From: Christensenella sp. UBA1750
GTDB taxonomy: Bacteria > Bacillota > Clostridia > Christensenellales > UBA1750
Assembly: GCA_002315655.1 (NCBI GenBank)
Contig: DCHO01000044.1
Span: 25,948-89,947, forward strand
Reading direction: 5' to 3'
DNA length: 64,000 nt
In this document: piece after piece, positions 35,785-47,689 of the stretch
Numbering within the stretch: position 1 is the first letter of the stretch
Layout: each line of letters opens with the position of its first letter
Program-made: the position numbers and the translations under genes
Notes under the pieces: model-generated
What the model was told of the DNA's origin: nothing
What the model saw: the letters and a program-made list of their open reading frames with translations, nothing else
The model's database searches: none

Positions 35785-36989
35785 ATGTCACGTTTTTGCC
35801 GTCCGTCGCAATCGGAAAGGTCACTGCGCCGCCTTCCAAATCCATGGCGCACAGGGCTTTGCTCTGCGGAGCAATGAGCGCGGGAAGTATCGTAAAGAAT
35901 GTTATAGAATCAGAAGATATTGCTGCGACAAAACGCTGCCTTACATCTATGGGAGCGGCATTTGCCGAAGCGGAAAACGGACTGTCCGTAGGCGGACTGA
36001 ATCCCTTCGCCCTGCCCGAAAATCTTATGTTGGACTGCGGCGAAAGCGGTTCCACCCTGCGGTTTTTGCTGCCGCTGTGTCTGCTTTCCGGGAAGAAAAT
36101 CACATTAACCGGCAGAGTACGTCTGCTGGAACGTCCGCTGACGATATACGAAGAAATTTGCCGAAAACAAGGATTTTTCTATGAAAAAACAACGGACAGC
36201 GTGACGGTCTGCGGCACCCTGCGCCCGGACGATTTCACCGTGGACGGCGGCATTTCCAGCCAGTTCATTTCCGGGCTGTTCTTTGCGCTGCCGCTGCTTG
36301 CCGGGGAGAGCAAAATCAAATTGACAGGAAAAATCGAGAGCGCACCGTATATCGAAATGACGCGGCAGACGCTTGCGCAATTCGGTGTGAAAATCGACAA
36401 AATTGCGGAAAATGAATATCGGATTCCCGGAAAACAGGCTTACAAATCGCGGACTGTGACCGTGGAGGGTGACTATACCAACGCGGCGTATCTCATGGCG
36501 TGGAACGCCTTGGGCGGGAAGGTGGAGGTCACGGATCTTCTGCCCGAAACCCTGCAAGGGGACGCGATTTTTACAGATTATTTCGACAAAATCCGACAAG
36601 ATTCGCCAACGCTGGACGTTTCCGACTGCCCCGACCTTGCACCCATCCTCTTTGCGCTGGCGGGGCTGTATCACGGCGCGGCCTTCACGGGCACAAGGCG
36701 GCTGCGGCTCAAGGAGAGCGACCGCGTTGCCGCCATGAAGGAAGAACTAAATAAGTTCGGCATTGTGCTTTTCGACAGCGAAAATGAAGTTTATATCCCG
36801 AAAGCCACGCCCCACGCGCCGAGCGAACCCGTTTCCGGGCACAACGACCATCGTATCGTGATGGCGGCATCGCTGCTGTGCGGAAAGTTCGGCGGAACAA
36901 TCCACGGCACGGAGGCGGTGCGCAAGAGCTTCCCGGACTTTTTCGAGAAGCTGCGTGCGCTGAACGTTGGCTATAAAGTAGAAGAATGA
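35781..36989 (+). CDS. aroA: 3-phosphoshikimate 1-carboxyvinyltransferase (EPSP synthase)
   Basis: It has the motifs PPSKSMAHRALL, GESGSTLRFL and DHRIVMA. It overlaps aroK in an ATGA arrangement. Confidence 0.9.
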   Translation: MNVTFLPSVAIGKVTAPPSKSMAHRALLCGAMSAGSIVKNVIESEDIAATKRCLTSMGAAFAEAENGLSVGGLNPFALPENLMLDCGESGSTLRFLLPLCLLSGKKITLTGRVRLLERPLTIYEEICRKQGFFYEKTTDSVTVCGTLRPDDFTVDGGISSQFISGLFFALPLLAGESKIKLTGKIESAPYIEMTRQTLAQFGVKIDKIAENEYRIPGKQAYKSRTVTVEGDYTNAAYLMAWNALGGKVEVTDLLPETLQGDAIFTDYFDKIRQDSPTLDVSDCPDLAPILFALAGLYHGAAFTGTRRLRLKESDRVAAMKEELNKFGIVLFDSENEVYIPKATPHAPSEPVSGHNDHRIVMAASLLCGKFGGTIHGTEAVRKSFPDFFEKLRALNVGYKVEE

Positions 36990-36998
36990 GGATAGACT

Positions 36999-37322
36999 AT
37001 GACCTGGAACATTCCGAATCTGACGCTGACGGACACGATAAGCCCATTGGGCGGCGTGACCGTGGGCAAGCTGTTTTTGCAAAAGGACGAATATATCTGT
37101 GTGATACTGGTGGACAACGGGCATTTCCAGACCATTGGGCAACTCACGCAGGATGAGTTTGAGATTCTGTCAGGCTGCGGGGATGTGTGCGAGTTCCCGC
37201 CCGCATTTGTGGCGGCGCTGGGGCGCAAGTGGCTGCTGTGCAGCACCGCCCCGCACGCAAAGGACGCTTTTTCGGAAGCGGATCTTTGCTCCTACTGGGT
37301 CTATCGGGTCATGCACCAATAA
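36999..37322 (+). CDS. Hypothetical 107-aa protein
   Basis: It is an ORF with a plausible RBS (GAGGATAG) lying between aroA and dprA. No family was recognised. It contains 5 Cys residues. Confidence 0.4.
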   Translation: MTWNIPNLTLTDTISPLGGVTVGKLFLQKDEYICVILVDNGHFQTIGQLTQDEFEILSGCGDVCEFPPAFVAALGRKWLLCSTAPHAKDAFSEADLCSYWVYRVMHQ

Positions 37323-37340
37323 AACAAAGGAGGCGCGGAC

Positions 37341-38426
37341 ATGAATCTTCGGGAAGGCGTTTGGGTCTATTTATCGCAGAGTGGCATTTCTCCCGGGAGA
37401 AGCCGCGCCTTGGTGGATTATTTCGGTTCGGAGGAAGAACTGTGGGGCGCAAACGAGAGCGATTACCGCGAGGCGGTGGGGGAGAAGATTGCTCACAGGC
37501 TCATGGAGGCCAAGGACGGCGGCAGCATCAACGCCCATGTGAAGGCCATGCAGGAGCGCGGCATTGTGCTTTTGACCCCGGCCAGCGAGAATTACCCTTC
37601 CGCGCTGCGTGATCTGTATGACCCGCCCTGTGCGCTGTACGCCAAGGGCGACTTATCCTTGCTGGAAAGCGATTCCATCGTCATCACCGGCACGCGCCGG
37701 GGCACACGCTACGGCAAAAAAGTGACCGCGCTGTTTGCAGGCGAGCTGGCGAAAGCCGGGATCCCCATATTGACCGGGCTTGCGGAAGGGTTGGACGCGA
37801 TTGCGGCGGAAGCGGCGCTGGAGGCCGGAGGAAAGGTGATCGCCCTGCTGTGCTGCGGTTTTGACCAGCACTACCCGGCGGGAAACGCGGCCTTGCAGGA
37901 CAGAATCGAGAAGGAAGGGCTGCTGCTCTCCGAATGTCCGCCGGACGCCCATGCGGAAAAGTATTCCTTCGCCGCCCGGGCGCGGCTGCTGGCGGGGCTG
38001 TCCAAAGCGGTGCTGCTCACCGAAGCCGGGGAGAAGTCCGGCACCTTATCCACGGTGGAAAGCGCCATGGAATTGGGGCGCGAGGTCTTTGTGGTGCCGG
38101 GAAATATCGACTCACCCTCCTCCTTAGCGACCAACCGCTTAATGCGCACCTCGGCGGAAATCGCCCTTGCACCTTCTGACATTCTGCCGTATTTTGGCAT
38201 CGAAACAGGCGGGACGGGCGAAAGTGCGGCGGGAAAAGCGAAGATCGAGCTGACGGCGGAGGAAGAGATCCTGTTCAATCTGCTCAAAAAAGAGCCGCTT
38301 TCCTTTGATGAATTGGCAAATTTGTGTGATTTTTCTGCGTCACAGCTAAATTCACTCTTGACAATGTTGCAGTTAAAGGGAATAATAGACCAAGCGGCAG
38401 GACGTGTTTATTCCGCCGCGTACTGA
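37341..38426 (+). CDS. dprA: DNA-processing protein DprA (Smf)
   Basis: It has a Rossmann-like core (ITGTRRGTRYGKKV...LAEGLDAIAAEAAL...GFDQHYP) and a C-terminal winged-helix-like tail. Confidence 0.9.
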   Translation: MNLREGVWVYLSQSGISPGRSRALVDYFGSEEELWGANESDYREAVGEKIAHRLMEAKDGGSINAHVKAMQERGIVLLTPASENYPSALRDLYDPPCALYAKGDLSLLESDSIVITGTRRGTRYGKKVTALFAGELAKAGIPILTGLAEGLDAIAAEAALEAGGKVIALLCCGFDQHYPAGNAALQDRIEKEGLLLSECPPDAHAEKYSFAARARLLAGLSKAVLLTEAGEKSGTLSTVESAMELGREVFVVPGNIDSPSSLATNRLMRTSAEIALAPSDILPYFGIETGGTGESAAGKAKIELTAEEEILFNLLKKEPLSFDELANLCDFSASQLNSLLTMLQLKGIIDQAAGRVYSAAY

Positions 38427-38466
38427 AAAATCAGCAGTTACTTCATTTATATACGGGGGTTAGGAA

Positions 38467-40578
<2,112 letters not shown>

Positions 40579-40582
40579 AAAC

Positions 40583-40610
40583 AAAAGGGGCACGCTTTGT
40601 GCCTCTTTTT
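40583..40610 (+). terminator. Rho-independent terminator after topA
   Basis: AAAAGGGGCAC pairs with GTGCCTCTTTT (one G-U pair), with a T-run. Confidence 0.7.
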
Positions 40611-40630
40611 GATAAGGATAGGGGAACAAC

Positions 40631-41944
40631 ATGAAAGTAAATGTAATCGGCGCGGGTCTGGCGGGCAGCGAGGCCGCGTGGCAGCTGCTCAAGCGCGGCT
40701 ATGAAGTGACGCTGTATGAGATGAAGCCCGAAAAATACAGCCCGGCGCACCACAAGGAGGGCTTTGCGGAGCTGGTCTGCTCCAACTCCCTGCGCTCGGA
40801 CAGGCTGGAAAACGCCGTGGGACTGCTGAAGGAGGAAATGCGGCGCATCGGTTCTGTGATTATGGAATCCGCCGAAAATGCCCGGGTTCCCGCCGGCGGA
40901 GCAATGGCGGTGGACAGGGACAAATTTTCCGGCGGGGTGACGGAAAGACTGACCAATCATCCCAACCTCACACTGATTCGCGGCGAGGTGACGGAACTGC
41001 CCAAAGGCCCCACCATCATTGCCACAGGCCCACTCACTTCCGATGCCTTTGCGGAGAAAATCGTGGAGCTGACGGGCAAGACCGGGCTTTCCTTCTTTGA
41101 CGCCGCCGCGCCCATCGTGACGCTGGAATCCATCGACATGGCCAAGGCCTTCCGCGCCTCCCGCTATGGGCGGGGCGACGGGGACGATTACATCAACTGT
41201 CCCATGACCGAGGAGGAGTACAACGCCTTCTATGACGCGCTTGTTTCCGCCGAGACTGCCGAGGTGCACGGGTTCGAGAAGAACCGCGTGTTCGAGGGCT
41301 GTATGCCCGTGGAGGTCATGGCGGCGCGGGGCAGGCAGACGCTGACCTTCGGCCCGTTGAAGCCCGTGGGACTCAAAGACCCGCGCACCGACAAGATGCC
41401 CTTTGCGGTGTTGCAGCTTCGGCAGGACGATGCGGCCAACACGCTATATAACCTTGTGGGCTTTCAGACCCGGCTTAAATGGGGCGAGCAGAAGCGCGTT
41501 TTCGGCATGATTCCCGGCATGGAGCACGCGGAGTTCGTGCGCTACGGGGTCATGCACCGCAACACGTTCTTAAATTCCCCGGGACTGCTGGACGACCACT
41601 TCAAGCTGCGGGACGGACTGTATTTCGCCGGGCAGATGACAGGCGTGGAGGGCTACATTGAGTCCGCTGCCTCCGGGATGCTGGCGGGAATTTCGCTGGC
41701 GCAGGAATTGGCGGGAAAGAGCCGCACGGACTTTACCGACCTGACCTGCATCGGCGCGATGGGCAAGTACGTTTCCACGCCCAACGCCTCCTTCCAGCCC
41801 ATGAACGCAGCCTTCGGCGTGATGGCTCCCTTGGAGGGTAAAAAGGTGCGCAACAAAAAGGAGCGCTACGGCCTCATTGCCGAGCGCGCCTTGACAAAAC
41901 TTGACGAATTGCTGCCCGAAATCCGCGAGCTGGAACAAAAATAG
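40631..41944 (+). CDS. trmFO: Methylenetetrahydrofolate--tRNA-(uracil54-C5)-methyltransferase TrmFO (Gid)
   Basis: It has the FAD motif [15 protein letters not shown], and its size and synteny (topA-gid) fit TrmFO. Confidence 0.9.
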   Translation: MKVNVIGAGLAGSEAAWQLLKRGYEVTLYEMKPEKYSPAHHKEGFAELVCSNSLRSDRLENAVGLLKEEMRRIGSVIMESAENARVPAGGAMAVDRDKFSGGVTERLTNHPNLTLIRGEVTELPKGPTIIATGPLTSDAFAEKIVELTGKTGLSFFDAAAPIVTLESIDMAKAFRASRYGRGDGDDYINCPMTEEEYNAFYDALVSAETAEVHGFEKNRVFEGCMPVEVMAARGRQTLTFGPLKPVGLKDPRTDKMPFAVLQLRQDDAANTLYNLVGFQTRLKWGEQKRVFGMIPGMEHAEFVRYGVMHRNTFLNSPGLLDDHFKLRDGLYFAGQMTGVEGYIESAASGMLAGISLAQELAGKSRTDFTDLTCIGAMGKYVSTPNASFQPMNAAFGVMAPLEGKKVRNKKERYGLIAERALTKLDELLPEIRELEQK

Positions 41945-42064
41945 CGCGTCAACCGTTTTTTCTATTGACAGGTCTGACCCTGCGGCACTTTATACTTGTG
42001 ATCTTTGCGATTCTGTTTGCCGTCGGGCACATTTATGTTACTATAAACAATTCGGAGGAAGAAA

Positions 42065-42613
42065 ATGTCTGAAAATAAATCGGTCTTTCGCGGCACGACC
42101 ATTGTGGCCGTGCAGAAAAACGGCGTGACCGCCGTGGCGGGTGACGGACAGGTCACCATGGGCGAGCACACCATCATGAAGCACGGGGCGAAGAAGGTGC
42201 GCCGGCTCTACCACGATTCCGTTGTGGTGGGCTTTGCGGGCTCCGTGGCGGATGCCTTTGCGCTGTCCGAGCGCTTTGAAGGGTATTTGGAGCAGTTTTC
42301 CGGCAACCTGCCCAGAGCGGCTGTGGAGCTGGCCTCCAACTGGCGCATGGACAAGGGAATGCGGCAATTAGAAGCCATGCTGCTTGCCGCGGACAAGGAA
42401 AATCTGCTGCTCATTTCCGGTACGGGTGAGGTCATTGCGCCGGACGACGGCGTTTTAGCCATCGGCTCCGGCGGCAACTTTGCGCTGTCTGCCGCAAGAG
42501 CACTCGTGCAGAATACCGATCTCCCACCCAAGGTCATTGTGCGCAAGGCCATGGAGATTGCCTCGGAAATCTGCGTCTATACCAATGACCATATCACGGT
42601 GGAGGAGGTGTAG
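42065..42613 (+). CDS. hslV: ATP-dependent protease subunit HslV (ClpQ)
   Basis: It has the N-terminal Thr protease motif [11 protein letters not shown]...GDGQVT. Confidence 0.9.
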   Translation: MSENKSVFRGTTIVAVQKNGVTAVAGDGQVTMGEHTIMKHGAKKVRRLYHDSVVVGFAGSVADAFALSERFEGYLEQFSGNLPRAAVELASNWRMDKGMRQLEAMLLAADKENLLLISGTGEVIAPDDGVLAIGSGGNFALSAARALVQNTDLPPKVIVRKAMEIASEICVYTNDHITVEEV

Positions 42614-42616
42614 CAC

Positions 42617-43996
42617 ATGGCCAATCAGATGACCCCGAGAGAGATCGTTGCGGAGCTTGACAAATACATCATCGGGCAGGACGAGGCCAAGCGCGCCGTT
42701 GCCATTGCCCTGCGCAACCGCTACCGTAGGGCGCGGCTGGCTCCCGAAATCCGGGAGGAAATCAGCCCGAAGAATATCCTCATGGTAGGTCCCACCGGCG
42801 TCGGCAAGACCGAAATTGCAAGAAGACTGGCAAAGCTGGTGGACGCGCCGCTGGTCAAGGTGGAGGCCACCAAGTTTACCGAGGTCGGCTATGTGGGGCG
42901 CGATGTGGATTCCATGGTGCGCGATCTGGTGGAAACCTCCCTGCGGCTGGTCAAGGAGCGCATGGGCAAGGATGTGGAGCTGACCGCCGAGCAGAATGTG
43001 CAGGAAATTATACTGGATGCGCTGGTCGCCAAGGAAAAGGGCGAGAAAAAGAGCGACATCAACCCCATCGAGGCGCTGTTGGGCACCCTCAAAAAGCCCG
43101 AGGACAACGAGACCCCCGAGGTGCGCGAGAGCAAAAAGAAGCAGCGCGAACGCCTGCAAATGGAGCTGCTGTGCGGTTCTTTGGAGGGGGAGATCATCGA
43201 AATCGAGGTGCAGGACGCGCCCTCCGGTGATATGCTCCCCGGCACCGAAATGAACATCGGCGACATCATGGGCGGTTTTTTGCCCAAGCGGACGAAAGTG
43301 CGCAAGGTCTCCGTCATTGAAGCCCGCAAAATCCTGAAACAGGAGGAGATCGGGAAGCTCATCGACATGGACAAGGCCACTTCTGAGGCCATCTACAAGG
43401 CCGAGGAGGACGGCATCATCTTCATTGACGAGATGGATAAGGTTGCAGGGCGCGGCTCGCAGGGCAGCGGCCCCGATGTGTCCCGTGAGGGCGTACAGAG
43501 AGACATTCTGCCCATCGTGGAGGGCTGCACCGTCAACACCAAGTACGGCCCCGTCAAGACCGACCACATCCTGTTCATCGCGGCGGGCGCGTTCCATGTG
43601 GCAAAGGTCACGGACTTGATCCCCGAATTGCAGGGACGCTTCCCCGTGCAGGTGAACTTAAAAGCCCTGACCGAAAGCGATTTTAAGCAGATTCTCACCG
43701 CGCCGGAAAACGCGCTGATTAAGCAGTATCAGGCGCTGCTGTCGGTGGATGATGTGGAGCTGGAATTTACCGAGGATGCGCTGTCCGAAATGGCGCATAT
43801 TGCCGCCGAGATGAACGACAGCCGCGAAAACATCGGCGCAAGACGGCTGCACACGCTGATGGAGGCGCTGTTGGATGAGATTTCCTTCACTGCCGGGGAA
43901 AACGGAGCGGAAAAGGTCACAATCGACGCGGAATATGTCAAAAAACAGCTGCTTTCCGAGGTGCAGACCTTTGACGTGGCAAAGCATATCGTGTAA
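42617..43996 (+). CDS. hslU: ATP-dependent protease ATPase subunit HslU (ClpY)
   Basis: It has the motifs MTPREIVAELDKYIIGQ, Walker A GPTGVGKTEIARRLA and IIFIDEMDKV. Confidence 0.95.
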   Translation: MANQMTPREIVAELDKYIIGQDEAKRAVAIALRNRYRRARLAPEIREEISPKNILMVGPTGVGKTEIARRLAKLVDAPLVKVEATKFTEVGYVGRDVDSMVRDLVETSLRLVKERMGKDVELTAEQNVQEIILDALVAKEKGEKKSDINPIEALLGTLKKPEDNETPEVRESKKKQRERLQMELLCGSLEGEIIEIEVQDAPSGDMLPGTEMNIGDIMGGFLPKRTKVRKVSVIEARKILKQEEIGKLIDMDKATSEAIYKAEEDGIIFIDEMDKVAGRGSQGSGPDVSREGVQRDILPIVEGCTVNTKYGPVKTDHILFIAAGAFHVAKVTDLIPELQGRFPVQVNLKALTESDFKQILTAPENALIKQYQALLSVDDVELEFTEDALSEMAHIAAEMNDSRENIGARRLHTLMEALLDEISFTAGENGAEKVTIDAEYVKKQLLSEVQTFDVAKHIV

Positions 43997-44010
43997 AAAA
44001 AGAACATCAT

Positions 44011-44042
44011 AAAAGGGGAGCGGGAGACCGTTTCCCTTTTTT
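44011..44042 (+). terminator. Rho-independent terminator after hslU
   Basis: A stem of AAAAGGGGA...TCCCTTTT is followed by a T-run. Confidence 0.6.
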
Positions 44043-44077
44043 AGTGGGTGGAAAACGGAATGCAGTACAAGTTTAAC

Positions 44078-44107
44078 TTGCCAGATATAGGCACATGGGA
44101 ATATAAT
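44078..44107 (+). promoter_or_regulatory. Candidate promoter giving a ~290-nt leader for rnj
   Basis: TTGCCA (44078-44083), an 18-nt spacer and TATAAT (44102-44107) are present. Confidence 0.4.
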
Positions 44108-44400
44108 ATACACGATGGATTTCGCTTGAAAGCAATGTCCCGGGAAATGGGAAGGCGAAACGTGCAGGAGCAGCGCACCTGAGCGCGGTCGGGTGCGTCA
44201 AGCACGGCAGAGCTTTTCTCATACGCGGACAGGATTTTAAGTGCGGACACAAGACGAATACCCCGCAATTTGAAAAAACGGGGCGCATAAGTGTGTTTTC
44301 GGATCGTGGTTTGCGGCAACATTTCGCAAGCCCATGTTTTGTTGTGTCAAAAATCAAAATCAGATAAAGACAGAGTAAGAAAAGGAGTGATTGATACAAA

Positions 44401-46074
44401 ATGTCATCCAAAGGAAAACTGAAAATAATCCCCCTGGGCGGGGTTGAGGAAATCGGAAAAAATATATATGTCATCGAGTACGGCGAGGATATTGTCATCA
44501 TCGACTGCGGATCCATCTTCCCCCAGGAGGATATGCTGGGCATCGACTTAGTGATTCCCGATGTGACCTATCTGCAGAAGAACCGGGAGCGCATCCGCGG
44601 CTTCCTCATCACCCACGGGCATGAGGATCACATCGGCGCGATTCCTTATGTATTAAAGCAGTTAGGCGGCATTGTGCCCATTTATGCGACCCGCTTAACC
44701 ATGGCGCTGATTGAGCTGAAATTGAAGGAGCACAAGCTCTCCGGCAGCGCCGACCTTCATGTCATTTCCCCCGGCGACACCGAAAAAATCGGTGGGTTTG
44801 ATGTGGACTTTATCAAGATGAGCCATTCCATCGCGGGCGCGGTGGCACTGGCCATCAAGTGCCCCGTGGGCGTGGTTGTGACCACGGGCGACTTCAAAGT
44901 GGACTACACCCCCGTGGACGGGGAGATCATGGATTTCGGGAAACTGGCCGATTTGGGCAAAAAAGGCGTGCTGGCGCTGCTCATGGAATCCACCAACGTG
45001 GAGCGCGAGGGCTACACCATGTCCGAAAAGAAGGTCGGGGAGACCTTCAATTCCCTGTTCCCCCGGGCAAACGGGCGCATTATCATTGCCATGTTCGCCA
45101 GCAACATCCACCGTATTCAGCAGGTGGTGGAGTCCGCCCAGCGGTTTGGCAGAAAGGTCTGTCTGACCGGCCGCAGCATGATCAACGTCTCCACCGTGGC
45201 CATGGAATTGGGAGAGCTGCACATTCCCGATGAAATGCTCATTTCCGTGGACGATCTGGATCGCTATCCCGATGATGAAATCGTCATTTTAACCACCGGC
45301 TCTCAGGGCGAGCAGATGAGCGGCCTTACCCGCATGGCGTTCTCCGAGCACCGTAAACTGGACATCAAGGCCTCCGACATGGTGGTCATTTCCGCAAACC
45401 CCATCCCCGGCAACGAGATTTCCGTCTCCCGCGTCATTGACCAGCTGCTGCGCAAGGGCGCGGATGTGATCTACGAATCGCTGGCCGAGGTGCACGTTTC
45501 CGGCCACGCCCGCCGCGAGGAGCTCAAGCTCATGCACGCGCTGATTAAGCCGAAATATTTCATCCCCGTGCACGGCGAATACAGAATGTTATCGCTACAT
45601 AAGAAACTGGCCGTGTCCATGGGTATGGAAGAGGAAAACATCATCATCCCCCGTTTGGGCGATGTGATTGAGGTCTCCAAGAACTCCTGCCGGGTTGCGT
45701 CCTCCGTGCCTGCCGGGGCGGTGCTGGTGGACGGTCTCGGCATCGGCGATGTGGGCAATGTGGTGCTGCGGGATCGCCGCCATCTGGCGCAGGACGGGTT
45801 GCTTACCGTGGTTGTGGGGCTTTCCAAGGAGGACAGCAAGCTGATCTCCGGCCCCGACATCGTAACGCGAGGCTTTGTGTACGTCCGCGAAAACGAGGAA
45901 CTGATGGACGAAGCGCGGGACGTGGTCATCAAGAGCGTGAACGACTGCATTCTGGAAGACCGCCACGCCGACTGGGGCTCCATAAAAGGCCGCATCCGGG
46001 ACGATCTGCGGGAGTTCCTCTACCAGAAAACCAAGCGTTCTCCCATGATTTTACCCATCATTATGGAGGTGTAG
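44401..46074 (+). CDS. rnj: Ribonuclease J (beta-CASP metallo-beta-lactamase RNase)
   Basis: It has the N-terminal segment KIIPLGGVEEIGKN and the metal-binding motif HGHEDHIG. Its length of 557 aa is typical. Confidence 0.95.
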   Translation: MSSKGKLKIIPLGGVEEIGKNIYVIEYGEDIVIIDCGSIFPQEDMLGIDLVIPDVTYLQKNRERIRGFLITHGHEDHIGAIPYVLKQLGGIVPIYATRLTMALIELKLKEHKLSGSADLHVISPGDTEKIGGFDVDFIKMSHSIAGAVALAIKCPVGVVVTTGDFKVDYTPVDGEIMDFGKLADLGKKGVLALLMESTNVEREGYTMSEKKVGETFNSLFPRANGRIIIAMFASNIHRIQQVVESAQRFGRKVCLTGRSMINVSTVAMELGELHIPDEMLISVDDLDRYPDDEIVILTTGSQGEQMSGLTRMAFSEHRKLDIKASDMVVISANPIPGNEISVSRVIDQLLRKGADVIYESLAEVHVSGHARREELKLMHALIKPKYFIPVHGEYRMLSLHKKLAVSMGMEEENIIIPRLGDVIEVSKNSCRVASSVPAGAVLVDGLGIGDVGNVVLRDRRHLAQDGLLTVVVGLSKEDSKLISGPDIVTRGFVYVRENEELMDEARDVVIKSVNDCILEDRHADWGSIKGRIRDDLREFLYQKTKRSPMILPIIMEV

Positions 46075-46075
46075 C

Positions 46076-46426
46076 ATGGCGGTCAACCTTTATGATTTAG
46101 CCAACAACTTAGCCCGCGAGATGAAAAACTCCGAGGAATACAGGGAATACATCCGCACCCGCGACATTGCCATGGAAAACGAAACCCAAGCCGCGCTGCT
46201 GAAAGAATACAAAAAATTACAGTTTCAGGTGCAGGTCGCCATGGCGGGCGGCAAAACCAACCCGGAGGAGATGGAGCGGCTGCAAAAGATCATGCAGGTG
46301 CTGCAGCTCTCCCGAGAGGCCACCGATTACATCATGGCGGAGTTCCGCTTTCAGAAGCTGCTGTCCGACATTTACAAGATTTTAGGCGACGCGGCGGGCA
46401 TTGATCTGGATATGCTTAAAAGTTGA
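46076..46426 (+). CDS. YlbF/YmcA/YheA family (UPF0342) regulatory protein
   Basis: It is a 116-aa helical protein. The N-terminus LANNLAREMKNSEEYREYIRTRD and the segment LLKEYKKLQ are typical of the family. Its start lies 1 nt after the rnj stop. Confidence 0.6.
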   Translation: MAVNLYDLANNLAREMKNSEEYREYIRTRDIAMENETQAALLKEYKKLQFQVQVAMAGGKTNPEEMERLQKIMQVLQLSREATDYIMAEFRFQKLLSDIYKILGDAAGIDLDMLKS

Positions 46427-46482
46427 GAAACAAAGAGACGCTTTTTGTCGTTTGATAAGAGAAATTCATTGCATTTGGGGGA

Positions 46483-47628
46483 ATGGCCATGACAGACAAC
46501 AACAGGGGCAGAGGATGGAACATCGTTTGGCTGATTTTCCGTCCCATCATCATTTTTCTGTGCGCCTGTGTGCTGGTGGCGGGCATTTTGGTTTCCGCAT
46601 GGAAGTATGCCTACACCCACTACATCATGCCGCCCGACCCGAACGATTCTACCGAGATCGAGTTTGTGGTCAAATCGGGTTCTTCCGTTTCGTCCATTGC
46701 GCGGCAGTTGAAGGAAGCCGACCTTGTCCGCAACAAGGGCGTTTTCCAGTACCTTTCCGAGTTCATCGGCAAAGGGCACAAGCTGAAGGCCGGTACCTAC
46801 ACGCTATCCCGGAACATGGAGCTGACCGAGATCATTGACATTTTGGCGGCGGGCAACGAGGCTGTCGAGGTCATGAAGTTCACCATTGTGGAAGGCCTCA
46901 CCGTGGAGGGGATTGCCAATTCTCTCGTGGAGCAGGGCGTGTTTACCGACACCACCCGCTTCTTAGAGCTGTGCCGCACGGGCGCGGGCATCGCGGAGAA
47001 CTACGATTTCCTCAAAACCGCGCAGGAGAACGCGCAGGAGGGGCGCACTTATCTGCTGGAAGGCTACCTGTTCCCCGACACCTACGAAATCTACGTCGGT
47101 TCCTCCGAGGAGACCGTCATCGGCAAGATGCTGGATCGCATGAACGTGATCTACGGCGTTTCCTACAAGAAACGTGCAGAAGAACTGGGAATGACCACGG
47201 ATGAAGTCATCATCTTAGCATCCATCATCGAGAAGGAAGGCAAGAGCTCCACCTTCAACAAGATTTCCGCCGTGTTCCACAACCGTTTGGAGGACAACAT
47301 TGCGCTTGGCTCCGACGTGACCGTGCAGTACGCCCTTGGCGTCAAACGGCTGGTGCTCACTGATGCGGATTTGGCGGTGGAATCCGCGTACAACACCTAC
47401 ACCCACAAGGGGCTGCCCGTGGGCGCGATCTGCAACCCCGGTGACGCGGCCATTCAGGCAGCGCTGTACCCCGATGCGGACTATCTGGAGGAAAAGTACC
47501 TCTACTTCACCCTGACCGACCCGGAGACCGGCGAGCTGGCCTTCTCCAAGACGCTGGAGGAGCACAACGAGATCGCGGCGCAGTACAAGGAGCTGTGGGC
47601 GGAATACGACAAGAAAAACGGAAATTAG
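46483..47628 (+). CDS. mltG: Endolytic peptidoglycan transglycosylase MltG (YceG-like)
   Basis: It has an N-terminal TM helix and the catalytic region YLLEGYLFPDTYE. Confidence 0.9.
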   Translation: MAMTDNNRGRGWNIVWLIFRPIIIFLCACVLVAGILVSAWKYAYTHYIMPPDPNDSTEIEFVVKSGSSVSSIARQLKEADLVRNKGVFQYLSEFIGKGHKLKAGTYTLSRNMELTEIIDILAAGNEAVEVMKFTIVEGLTVEGIANSLVEQGVFTDTTRFLELCRTGAGIAENYDFLKTAQENAQEGRTYLLEGYLFPDTYEIYVGSSEETVIGKMLDRMNVIYGVSYKKRAEELGMTTDEVIILASIIEKEGKSSTFNKISAVFHNRLEDNIALGSDVTVQYALGVKRLVLTDADLAVESAYNTYTHKGLPVGAICNPGDAAIQAALYPDADYLEEKYLYFTLTDPETGELAFSKTLEEHNEIAAQYKELWAEYDKKNGN

Positions 47629-47689
47629 GACAAATGAAAGCGGACGGTGAATCGCCGCCCGCTTTTTCTGCGTGAGAGAGGAAAAAACT

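Noticed and set aside
42455-43597. A 380-aa ORF antisense to hslV/hslU.
   Set aside because: It is embedded in strongly conserved hslU on the other strand. It is an artefact of high GC.
44060-44179. A 39-codon ORF (MQYKFNLPDIGTWEYNIHDGFRLKAMSREMGRRNVQEQRT) in the hslU-rnj gap.
   Set aside because: The candidate promoter (44078-44107) lies inside it. It has only a weak GGTGG RBS and no recognisable family. Coding is not supportable from sequence alone.
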